64,000 bases of DNA from Planctomycetota bacterium (GTDB lineage Bacteria > Planctomycetota > UBA1135 > UBA2386): the NCBI GenBank assembly GCA_965228735.1, contig OZ245838.1:6144001-6208000 (forward strand). Reading direction: 5' to 3'. The stretch's first letter is position 1; every line of letters begins with the position of its first letter. The notes under the pieces were generated by a model. It searched no databases, was not told the origin of the DNA, and was given only the letters and a program-made list of their open reading frames with translations. Shown here piece after piece: positions 47,226 to 55,835 of the stretch. Both the position numbers and the translations under genes were made by a program.

Positions 47226-50200
47226 ACTGGCCGAGCAGCTTGTCCAGCGGGCCGTCGACGTAGGTCGGGCCGTCCTCGGGCTTCCAGGTCTCGCCGGAGC
47301 GCAGGCCCGGGTCGCCCTCGAAGACGACGATGCCGTTGTCGTTGAGGAGCAGCACGCGCGGCATGCCGAAGAAGCCGGGTTTGAGGAAGAAGCGGTCGTA
47401 GGTCCGACCGCTCTGGTCGATCGCGACGTGGGCGTTCTCGAGCGGGTGCTTCTCGAGGTAGCCCTGCAGGTCGACGACGTCCGTGCTCTGCTCGCAGATC
47501 ACGACGACGGCGAGGCGCTTCTGCGCGCCGCGCGCGATCGCGTGCTGCAGCCACGTCGTGCACGGGATGATGCGATCGACGCGCGGCGACCAGAACACGA
47601 GCATCGTCGGGCGGCCGCGCAGCTCGCCGAGCGTCGTGCCCTTGCCGTCACCCGTCTGCCAGACGATGCCGTCCGCGAGCTCGGGCGCGACGAAGCCGCT
47701 GAACGTGCCGGGCTGCCGCTTGCTCGGGTCGCTCATCACCTTCTGCATCGCGATCTCGCGCTCGATGCGCGCGGCCGGGTCGAACGGATCACGCGCGAGC
47801 AGGCGCACGTTGCGATACGTCGCCTCGCCCGGGCCGCACAAGAGGCCGAACGCGCCGCGCACGACGCTCGCGTCCGGGAAGTCGAGTGACCGCACGTAGA
47901 GGCCGTCGAAGTAGACGTCGAGCTGGTGGCCCGTGACGTCGATCCGCAGTTCGTGCCAGTTGGATCCGACCGGAATGCTGCGGTGGTCGTGCACGGTCCA
48001 CTGGCCGCCGCGGTTGCTGCTGATGTCGAGGTAACCCTTCGGGTGCAGCAGCACGGCGTGGTAGCTCTGCGTGCCCTTCTTGCCGAAGCACAGCCCCGCG
48101 AGTTCGCCCGCAAACGATCCGGGCTGGCCGGGCTGTTCCGGGATCTTGATCTCGGCCGACAGCGCGAAGTCCGCGTCGAACGTCACGTCCGCCGTGAGCT
48201 CGCGCGTGATCATCGTGTCGCCCTCGCGCGGAACGGCGGCGCGCAGGATGCGGCCGTAGGCCTGGAACGCCTCGTCCGCGCCCGACCAGCCGTTGAGACT
48301 GCGCTCGTCGTAGGCGACGCGCCAGCGCGCGAGGCTCTTGCCCGTTCGGGACGCGAGGTCCCGGTAGTAGTCCATCGCCTCGGGCACCGAGAAGCTCGCC
48401 GTCATGCGGCGCGCGATCTCGAGCGCCATGGTCGGCAGCTCGCGCGTCTCGTAGCTCTTCGCGAGCGTCAGACCCTTCTCCGCGACGGTCGTCTTGAGCT
48501 TGCGGTAGCGCTTGATGAGCGGATCGAGACGCGTGATCTTCTGCTGCGCCTCGTCGTGCCGCGGGTCGTCGAGCTTGCCCTGCGCCTCGAGCGCGCGCCG
48601 GAACTCGCGCAGCCGCGCGGCCGCCTCGCTCTTCTTCTTGGTCTTCTCGAGCACCTCGGCGAGTTGCCACAACACCTCGGCGTCGCTCGGCGAGCGCTCG
48701 CGCGCTTCCTGCAAGAACTCGATCGCGAGGTCGAGCTCCTTGCGCTCGACGGCGGCTTTTGCCCACTGCATCAGCTCGTCACCGACGTCGAGTTTGCCCG
48801 TCTCGCGATCGCGCAGCCGCAGGATCCACTCTTTCCAGATCGCATCGAGCTCGTCGATCGTCTGCACGGGCGACAGCTTCGCGCCCTGCAGCACGATCTC
48901 CTCGAAGTTCTCCACGGGGTCGCTCGGCTGCCCGCGCTTGAACGACGTGTAGTAGGCGTGCAGCGCGTCGCGATACACGGTGCGGCCGTCCTCGGCGCGG
49001 TAGTTGAACAGGAAGTAGACCAGGCCCCACGTCGGCGCATACCACGGCGGGCCCCAGCGATACTGGCTCTCGACGATCATCCGGATCGGCGGCGCGCCGG
49101 TCGGCTGACCGAACTGCCCGCCCTCGCCGTCGGCCTCGCCGATGTCCCGCATCCAGCCGGCCTCCATGCGCGTCGCGAGCGGGAAGAGGCGATGCGGCGG
49201 CACGCGGTTCCATTTCACCGTGCCGTTGCTGAGGATCACGCACCCCTCGAAGAACGACGCGTAGGCCTCGTTGAGCCACCCCGGCACGAACGGCCCCGTG
49301 AGGCTCACGAACTGGTGCGCGGCCTCGTGGAACAACGTGCCGTACATCGCGCGCACCGACTCCTTGCCCGACACGCCGCCAGCGTAGGTCTCGACCGCGC
49401 TGCCGATGAAGTGACCGGCCGACCACTCCGCGGGCGGGCCCTTGCCGATCTCGAGGTACTCGTCGCGGTTCTTGAAGATGCGGATCTCGATCTTGGGCGT
49501 CTTGCCGCCGTCCTCCATGAACCGGAAGAACCGGCGGTAGAACAGGTTCATCTGCTCCATCGCGATGCGCGACGTCTTGAGCACGAGGTAGCCCGCGTTG
49601 GTCCGGTAGCGGTAGTTGTCGCTCTCGTCGGTGTAGGCGTTCTCCCAGTCGCTGTGCTTCTGATCCATCTCGCGCAGCTCGTCCTCGGACATGCCGCCCG
49701 TCGGATCGCTGCCGGCGTAGACGTCCTCGACCGCGACCTCGCGGCCGCCCGTCGTGCGGATCTTGTGGATCGCCGCCTCGGCCGCGGGGAACCCGGGCGC
49801 GACGCTGAGAACGTGCGCGTAGATGTCGAGCGCGCCGAGCAGGTCCTTCTTCTTGGTGTAGAGCTTGCCGAGTCCCATGAGGTCGTCGACGTAATCGCCC
49901 TTGAGCGTCTCCCACGTGCGCGCCTCGACGTCGATCGGTGCGAGTTGCTCGTGGATCGCCTTGCGCTGCGGGGTGCTCTTGCGCGTCTTGGCCCGCGTGT
50001 CGTGCACGTCGAGCCAGCGGTGCAACGCGTGCACCGCGGTGTCGAGATCCTGCTGCGCCGCTGCGATCTCGCTCAGCAGTTCGAGCCCGGCGAGGCTGTT
50101 GGGGTCCCGTTCGAGCGCGCGTTCGACGGCCGCCCGCGCGGCGTTGGGATCGCCGCTGCCGAGTTTGTCGCGCGCCTCCGCGAGGTAGGAAGCGACGAAA

Positions 50201-50307
50201 CCGAGCGGCTCGTCACCGCCGCCGTTGCTGCCACCGTTCTGGGCGACAGCGACCGCCGGCCAACACATCGCGATCAGCAGGGCGAGGCCCTGAAGCTTGG
50301 GGGTCAT
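47224..50307 (-). CDS. Exported multidomain protein: TPR, DUF1570 (HExxH), TPR, LamG/DUF1080-like, thioredoxin-like
   Basis: Start MTPKLQG with signal peptide. TLFHEAAHQF...WLNEAYASFFE; YAPTWGLVYFL; WHELRIDVTG...VYFDG; RGRPTMLVFWS...GMPRVLLLNDNG. Confidence 0.88.
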   Translation of the reverse strand: MTPKLQGLALLIAMCWPAVAVAQNGGSNGGGDEPLGFVASYLAEARDKLGSGDPNAARAAVERALERDPNSLAGLELLSEIAAAQQDLDTAVHALHRWLDVHDTRAKTRKSTPQRKAIHEQLAPIDVEARTWETLKGDYVDDLMGLGKLYTKKKDLLGALDIYAHVLSVAPGFPAAEAAIHKIRTTGGREVAVEDVYAGSDPTGGMSEDELREMDQKHSDWENAYTDESDNYRYRTNAGYLVLKTSRIAMEQMNLFYRRFFRFMEDGGKTPKIEIRIFKNRDEYLEIGKGPPAEWSAGHFIGSAVETYAGGVSGKESVRAMYGTLFHEAAHQFVSLTGPFVPGWLNEAYASFFEGCVILSNGTVKWNRVPPHRLFPLATRMEAGWMRDIGEADGEGGQFGQPTGAPPIRMIVESQYRWGPPWYAPTWGLVYFLFNYRAEDGRTVYRDALHAYYTSFKRGQPSDPVENFEEIVLQGAKLSPVQTIDELDAIWKEWILRLRDRETGKLDVGDELMQWAKAAVERKELDLAIEFLQEARERSPSDAEVLWQLAEVLEKTKKKSEAAARLREFRRALEAQGKLDDPRHDEAQQKITRLDPLIKRYRKLKTTVAEKGLTLAKSYETRELPTMALEIARRMTASFSVPEAMDYYRDLASRTGKSLARWRVAYDERSLNGWSGADEAFQAYGRILRAAVPREGDTMITRELTADVTFDADFALSAEIKIPEQPGQPGSFAGELAGLCFGKKGTQSYHAVLLHPKGYLDISSNRGGQWTVHDHRSIPVGSNWHELRIDVTGHQLDVYFDGLYVRSLDFPDASVVRGAFGLLCGPGEATYRNVRLLARDPFDPAARIEREIAMQKVMSDPSKRQPGTFSGFVAPELADGIVWQTGDGKGTTLGELRGRPTMLVFWSPRVDRIIPCTTWLQHAIARGAQKRLAVVVICEQSTDVVDLQGYLEKHPLENAHVAIDQSGRTYDRFFLKPGFFGMPRVLLLNDNGIVVFEGDPGLRSGETWKPEDGPTYVDGPLDKLLGQ

Positions 50308-50408
50308 GCCGGCATTGTGCCGGCACACCCACGACGCGGATAGGTGCGGACGGGGCCAGGTACAAACTCTCCGCGGTGACGTAGCACCCGATCGCGGAAT
50401 CGCCGGGC

Positions 50409-52955
50409 TCAGTGACCGACGCGGCCGATCAGGCCGTTGCTCGCCGCGAGCCCGAGCGGGTTGATGCCCGGCACGAGCGCACCGCCCTGCGCGAAGATCT
50501 CGAGGCCGACGAAGCTCGGGTCGGCCGGGATCGCCATGCCGTAGGTCGGCACGAAGCCCGGCATCGGGAAGATCACCGTCACGAGGCCGTCGGTGTACTG
50601 CCGGCAGAGCGGTGCCTGGCTGCCGAACGAGAAGTTCGGGTTGCTCAGGCCCAGCTGCACGAACCCGAGCACGCCGCCCGGCGTCGAGACGTCGAGACAC
50701 ATGTCCCACGTCCGGCAGAGCGCCGGCTTGGTGAGGCCGGTCAGCCGAGCACCGTTGCAGCCGCTGCTGTGGACGATGTTGTCGGCGAGCAGCAGCGCGG
50801 AGTCGTCGCTGAGGTAGAGCAGGTTGAACTGTGAGTCGATCGGTTGCCCGCTGGCGTCGAACGTGCGCACGCGGACGGTCGTCGGACCGCTCGTGCCGCC
50901 GCCGAAGCTGCTGAGCATCGCGAAGTTCGCGGCCGCGCCGTAGGTGCTGACCTGCACGTTCACCGAGTCGAGCTTCGGCTGGTTCGGCAGGATCACCTCG
51001 TAGGAGCCGGTCGCCAGCCGCGTGACGGTCTCGGCGTTCGGCGGGCCGGCGCGGCCGTTGCTGTCGGCGTAGGCCGGGGCCGGGGTGTAGGTCACGGGGC
51101 TCGACTGCTGGTTGGCCCAGAGGTGGGCGCCCGAGCCCGCGCGCTCGTCGACCGGCGCGGCGACCTCGTTGTAGAGCAGCACGAACTTGCTGTCCGTCGC
51201 GTTGCCGCCCTCGTCGTAGCAGCGGATGTCGACGCGCATGTCGCCGCTGACCGGCGTCCACGAGCTGACGTTGGCGCGCACGAGCCAGTCGGCGACCGGG
51301 GCGACCTGCACGTGACCCTGTTCGCCGCCGAGCGGCGCGAGGCCCGGCAGCGTCGCGCGGTAGTGGCCGGTGCCGATTCGCTGGATCTGCGGCGTGCCGC
51401 GGTCGCCGTTCCACCAGGCCGCTGGCGTGTAGCCGGTCGCGGCCGGCTGGTGCGCGAACAGATACGCCTCGCGATGCTCGGGGCTGCCGTCGCGCCGGTA
51501 GAGCGCGGTGAACATGCCGTCATCGGCTGGCCCGCCCGTGCCGTCGAACACCTCGACGTCGACGACGACGTCGTGGCCGTCCTCCCACCAGTCGCGGATG
51601 ACCGCGCTCTGCGGCGCGAGCACCGAGTGCGCGCTCACGAGCGGGATGCCGCGGTTGGGCGCCATGTTGGTGAAGCGCACCTGGAAGCGGTTCTGCGTGG
51701 GGGCGACGCGGTCGACGAAGAACGCGGTGTTGAAGTTCGGGTCCGGGCGCGTCGAGTAGCTGTAGTTGGGGCTCGTCACGAACTGCGCGCCGGCGTTGAA
51801 CGGGTTGATCCAGGCCCAGGCCTGCTCGCGTTTCTGCACCGGCCGGTTCGTCATGTAGAGCAGCGAGAACTCCGCGTCGATCGGGTTGCCGGCCGCGTCG
51901 CGCGTCGTGACCTGCACGCCCGTGCCGCCGCAGCCGTCGTCGCCCCAGCCCTCGATCGAGGCGTAGATCGGCGTGAAGCCGCCGAACGCGGTGACGATCG
52001 CGGTCGCGCTGTCGTCCGGCTGGACGTCGGGCAGGCGCGCGATGTAGCGGCCCGGAGTCAGGCGCAGGATCGACTCGCTGTCGTTCGGCCCGACGTCGCC
52101 GTTGCTGTCGCGGAAGCGCGCGTCGGGCACGTGACACGTCACGCTGCCGTCGTCGGAACGGATGTGCGCCCCCGAGCCGAGAGCTTCGTCGATCGGGGCG
52201 GCCTGCTCGTTGTAGTGCAGCGTGAAGCGCGTGTCGGCGGGGTTGCCGGCCGCGTCGAAGGTCTTCACGAGAACGAGCACATCGGCGCCTGACTGATGGC
52301 CGACGCTCTGCACCCAGCAACGGCGGAACTGCGTCCCGTACGGCGTCGCCTGGATGTTGCCCTGTTCGGGCCCGGTGGGGCGGGCCAGGCCGTAGAAGTA
52401 GACGTAGTAGACCCCGGTCGCCGCCCGGTTGATCCACGGATTGGCGCGGTTGCCGTTCCACGAGTAGAAGATGTTGGCGGTGTAGCTCACCGCGGTCGGA
52501 TCGTTGGCCCAGCAGAACGCCTGGCGATCCTCGGGGTCGCTCGGCAACCGGTAGAACAGCGTGAACCCCTCGTCGAACGCGGGCGAGCCGTCGGCCGCGA
52601 AGATCTCGACCTGGCAGCGCACCTCGCCGCCGAGCACCGACCAGCCGTTGATCACGACCGCGTGGTCGCCGTCGAAGGGCGCGGCCTGGAAGTTGCCGTA
52701 CGGATCGGTGATCCCCGGGAAGCGCACGATGAAACGGTTGGTGCTCGTGCCGCCGACGCGGTCGACCCGCACGAACGTGCCGCCCGGGATGAACTGGTAA
52801 TCGAGGTTCGGGATCCAGCTCGCGCCCTGCCCATCGGGTCGGACGAGGGCCCAGGCGACGCCGTCCTGCGCGGTGAGGGTGCCGATCCATAGGAGCATGG
52901 CACCGAGGAGAGTCAGCAGGTGGGCGAACGGTGAACGCGCGGCGCGGTTGGGCAT
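50409..52955 (-). CDS. Exported beta-rich repeat protein (2 x 3 modules) with a distinct C-terminal domain
   Basis: Signal peptide. Six modules, each ending roughly VxxxDxxGxPxDxxFxLxY. Start MPNRAARS. Confidence 0.88.
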   Translation of the reverse strand: MPNRAARSPFAHLLTLLGAMLLWIGTLTAQDGVAWALVRPDGQGASWIPNLDYQFIPGGTFVRVDRVGGTSTNRFIVRFPGITDPYGNFQAAPFDGDHAVVINGWSVLGGEVRCQVEIFAADGSPAFDEGFTLFYRLPSDPEDRQAFCWANDPTAVSYTANIFYSWNGNRANPWINRAATGVYYVYFYGLARPTGPEQGNIQATPYGTQFRRCWVQSVGHQSGADVLVLVKTFDAAGNPADTRFTLHYNEQAAPIDEALGSGAHIRSDDGSVTCHVPDARFRDSNGDVGPNDSESILRLTPGRYIARLPDVQPDDSATAIVTAFGGFTPIYASIEGWGDDGCGGTGVQVTTRDAAGNPIDAEFSLLYMTNRPVQKREQAWAWINPFNAGAQFVTSPNYSYSTRPDPNFNTAFFVDRVAPTQNRFQVRFTNMAPNRGIPLVSAHSVLAPQSAVIRDWWEDGHDVVVDVEVFDGTGGPADDGMFTALYRRDGSPEHREAYLFAHQPAATGYTPAAWWNGDRGTPQIQRIGTGHYRATLPGLAPLGGEQGHVQVAPVADWLVRANVSSWTPVSGDMRVDIRCYDEGGNATDSKFVLLYNEVAAPVDERAGSGAHLWANQQSSPVTYTPAPAYADSNGRAGPPNAETVTRLATGSYEVILPNQPKLDSVNVQVSTYGAAANFAMLSSFGGGTSGPTTVRVRTFDASGQPIDSQFNLLYLSDDSALLLADNIVHSSGCNGARLTGLTKPALCRTWDMCLDVSTPGGVLGFVQLGLSNPNFSFGSQAPLCRQYTDGLVTVIFPMPGFVPTYGMAIPADPSFVGLEIFAQGGALVPGINPLGLAASNGLIGRVGH

Positions 52956-53044
52956 GACGGTGGGGGAGTGCCGTCGGAGCCCGCGCTCCTCGCCCCTTCC
53001 CGGGGTTTTCTGACGCCCGGGCACCGTTGCCCTACGTTGTGGCC

Positions 53045-53119
53045 ATGTTCGAACGCTTCACCGACCGCGCCAAGGCGACCATGGACTTTGCCGGCGACGA
53101 GGATCGCGACGACAGCTGA
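53045..53119 (+). other. 24-aa mini-ORF or remnant matching the ClpC N-terminus (MFERFTDRAKATMDFAGDEDRDDS)
   Basis: Hand translation from ATG 53045 to TGA 53117-53119. MFERFTDRA is the ClpC/Clp-N start signature. TACGTT lies 6 nt upstream. Confidence 0.6.
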
Positions 53120-53125
53120 GCGGCG

Positions 53126-53158
53126 GTGGCGGATTCGAAGCGGGTTCGGTACCGCCAC
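53126..53158. repeat. Single REP-like unit
   Basis: GTGGCGGATTCGAAGCGGGTTCGGTACCGCCAC, 31/33 identical to 15844-15876. Confidence 0.88.
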
Positions 53159-53186
53159 GAAGCGGGAACGGTTCCGGCAGCGTTCG

Positions 53187-54275
53187 TCAGAGCAGCCGTT
53201 CGCCGAGCCAGAACAGGCCGGCGAGGCCGACGCCGATGGAAATCAGCGTGCGGCCGGTCGCGCCATATCGCGTCTTGTCGAGCCACCACAGCAGCGGCAG
53301 CGCAAGGAGCGCGAACAGGATCTGGCCGACTTCGACGCCGAGGTTGAACGACAGCATCGGCAGGATCGCGTGCGGGCCGCGGATGTCGAGGTCGCCGAGG
53401 AAGCCGGCGAAGCCGAAGCCGTGCACGAGGCCGAACGCGAGCGCGAACTGCCAGCGGTGCAGACCCTTCGTTTCGCCGTTCTGGCCGAGGCGGGCGCTGG
53501 CGCGGAGATTCGACGCCGCGACCCAGACGATCGAGCCCGCGATGACGGACTCGACGAGCAGGCCGGGGAGGCCGAGGAGGCCGACCGCCGCGCCGACGAG
53601 CGTGATGGAGTGGGCGACGGTGAACGCCGTGATCGTCACGACGGCGCGCCGCAGCGTGATGCCGGCGACGAGCAGCGCGAGCAGGAACGCGAGGTGATCG
53701 AAGCCGAAGAGGATGTGCTCGACCCCGAGTCCGAAGAAGAGCCCGACCTGCTCGAAGCCGCGGCCGTTCGTGTTCTCGGCGGGAACAACGAACGTGATGT
53801 CCGTCGGCGTCAGCAGCGCGTCGGTCTGGATCGCGCCGGCGTCGTCGATCTGCGCGATGTAGCTGCGATGGCCGCGCGAGAAGTCCTGGAGGATCGGACA
53901 GCGCAGCGCCCGATCCGTGGTTGCTGTGGCTGCCGTAGCCGCCAGCTCGAGCACGAGCTCGATGTCGTCGTTCTCGCCCAGTTTGACGGCTACGAGCCGG
54001 GCCGCTTGCCGCGTATCGGAGGTCGGTGCGTCGATCGCGAAGCCGGACCCGACGGCGCGCTCGATCGCGGCGCGCCCGGCGGTGAGTTCCACGTCGTCGA
54101 TCCGGCCGTCGCGGTCGTCGTCGATGGGGACGACACCGGCGAAGTCGGCGTTCGCGAACGCGGCGTGGATGACGAGCGCGCGGCCGGAGTCGTGCACGCG
54201 GATCGAGCTCAGGCCCGGATCGTGCGGCAGCGGCGCAGCGGTGAGCGCGGACAGCAAAGTGACGGTGAGCAGCAT
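53187..54275 (-). CDS. HupE/UreJ family membrane protein
   Basis: GVEHILFGFDHLAFL, TAFTVAHSITL, VESVIAGSI, FGLVHGFGFA, FNLGVEVGQ. The N-terminal exported domain has an EF-hand-like DDDRDGRIDDVE. Confidence 0.93.
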   Translation of the reverse strand: MLLTVTLLSALTAAPLPHDPGLSSIRVHDSGRALVIHAAFANADFAGVVPIDDDRDGRIDDVELTAGRAAIERAVGSGFAIDAPTSDTRQAARLVAVKLGENDDIELVLELAATAATATTDRALRCPILQDFSRGHRSYIAQIDDAGAIQTDALLTPTDITFVVPAENTNGRGFEQVGLFFGLGVEHILFGFDHLAFLLALLVAGITLRRAVVTITAFTVAHSITLVGAAVGLLGLPGLLVESVIAGSIVWVAASNLRASARLGQNGETKGLHRWQFALAFGLVHGFGFAGFLGDLDIRGPHAILPMLSFNLGVEVGQILFALLALPLLWWLDKTRYGATGRTLISIGVGLAGLFWLGERLL

Positions 54276-54325
54276 CGGCGGATCTCCTGTGGTGGCGGCG
54301 CGGGCGATGCCGCGCCGCCGATCGG

Positions 54326-55750
54326 TCAGTCGTGACTGTGTTCGCGGCCGTTGTGCGGCGTCGCGGCGTACGGCATTACCTTGCTGTAGGCGATGTCGTT
54401 GCTGTCGACGTTGTCGCCGGCCTGCCGGATCACCGGCGGGTTGACGCGCAGGTCGCTGATCACCGCGCTGACGCCGATGTCGTAGACGTCGTCGCCGAAG
54501 CGCCGGCCGTTCGGCCAGCCGCTCGGGATCATCATGTTCTGCAGCGGGCTGAAGATCGTGTCACCGCCGAACACGGAGAGCCGCGAGAAGCCCGGGTCGT
54601 CCGGGTTGGTCGGGTGGTTGGGACCGCCGCCGGCCAGCGGCACGGGTGCCGTCGACAGGTCGACCTTGATCACGTCGGGAATGAAGATCCCCGCGAGGTC
54701 GAAGCGGTTGTTCTCGATGCCCGGGATCGGGTTCGGCGCGAACACGAGCGCGTTGAGCAGCGCCGCGAGTTCGGGCGTATCGGCGTAGCGTTGGAAGCGC
54801 GTCGCGTCGGCGGTCGGCGGCACGCGGTTGTAGGCGTCCTTGTCCTTGATGGCGACGAACGCCTCGCAGAACAGCGGGTTGCCCTGGCGGCCGACCTGGA
54901 TGTATTCGCCGAACTCGAGCGGCTGCGCCTGCATCGAGCGCAGCGTGAGCGCGCGGCGGAACGTCGTCGCGTAGACACCGACCGTCTGCATGTCACCGCC
55001 GAGACGACTCACCGGCACCTGCATGACGATGTTGTGCACGTTGAAGCCCTTCTGGCTGTCCTTGCCCGGATCGCGCAGCGCGAGCAGGTCGAACGTCGCG
55101 CCGATGTCGGCGTAGAAGCCGTCGTCGCGCTGGCCGGCCCATGTCACGATGCCGCTTGGTTGCGCGGTCACCGTCTGATCGGTGTAGCGGTCGAGCTGAG
55201 TGCTCTGCGCGACGCCGCCGAGCGCCGGACCGTCGCCGTTCTGGCTGTTGTAGTGCGGTGTCGCGCGCCCCTGGTTGTTGGGCGGCACGACGCCGCTGCC
55301 CGCGAACGCGACCGAACTCGCGCGCCAGTCGATCTCGAGGATCGAGTAGTGCTGCGTGAGGTTCTGCGCCGCGTCGTCGACGTTCTGCACGACGCCCGTG
55401 TAGGCCTGCAGGATCGTGTTGCGGTTCTTGTAGCGGTCCTCGAACAGATACACGTACGTGAGCGACTTGCGCCCGGTCGCGAGGTCGGGACCCGTGCAGA
55501 TGTTGAGGGCATACGCGACGCGCGGGTCGAAGCCGAACTTGTTCGGGCCGATGCCCGGGTCCTCGAACGGGAAGACGCCGAGACCGAGGGTCAGGTGCTT
55601 CTCGTTGTTCGGACCGTCCGCGACGAACGCGTAGACGTCCGTGAGATTGGCCGCGTCGTCGAGCGTGATGAGCGGGGCGTCCATGTGGCTCGACGCGAGC
55701 ACTGGAACGCTGGCCGCGAGGATCGCGGCGGTGAGTCGGGTGACTGTCAT
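54326..55750 (-). CDS. DUF4331 family exported protein
   Basis: Signal, then ASSHMDAP, DVYAF, GQRDDGFY, WPNGRRFGDDVYD. His-rich end HNGREHSHD. Confidence 0.9.
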   Translation of the reverse strand: MTVTRLTAAILAASVPVLASSHMDAPLITLDDAANLTDVYAFVADGPNNEKHLTLGLGVFPFEDPGIGPNKFGFDPRVAYALNICTGPDLATGRKSLTYVYLFEDRYKNRNTILQAYTGVVQNVDDAAQNLTQHYSILEIDWRASSVAFAGSGVVPPNNQGRATPHYNSQNGDGPALGGVAQSTQLDRYTDQTVTAQPSGIVTWAGQRDDGFYADIGATFDLLALRDPGKDSQKGFNVHNIVMQVPVSRLGGDMQTVGVYATTFRRALTLRSMQAQPLEFGEYIQVGRQGNPLFCEAFVAIKDKDAYNRVPPTADATRFQRYADTPELAALLNALVFAPNPIPGIENNRFDLAGIFIPDVIKVDLSTAPVPLAGGGPNHPTNPDDPGFSRLSVFGGDTIFSPLQNMMIPSGWPNGRRFGDDVYDIGVSAVISDLRVNPPVIRQAGDNVDSNDIAYSKVMPYAATPHNGREHSHD

Positions 55751-55835
55751 GAGTTCTTCGTGTTGTTGTTGTCTAGGAAACGTTGCCGACCGCTGGCGTT
55801 CGAACGCCGAGCGCCGGCGGCGGCGTCGAGGCGGT

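Noticed and set aside
50308..51414. 5' extension of the 1396-aa ORF 47224..51414
   Set aside because: Off-frame overlap with the repeat-protein gene. A signal peptide starts at ATG 50307.
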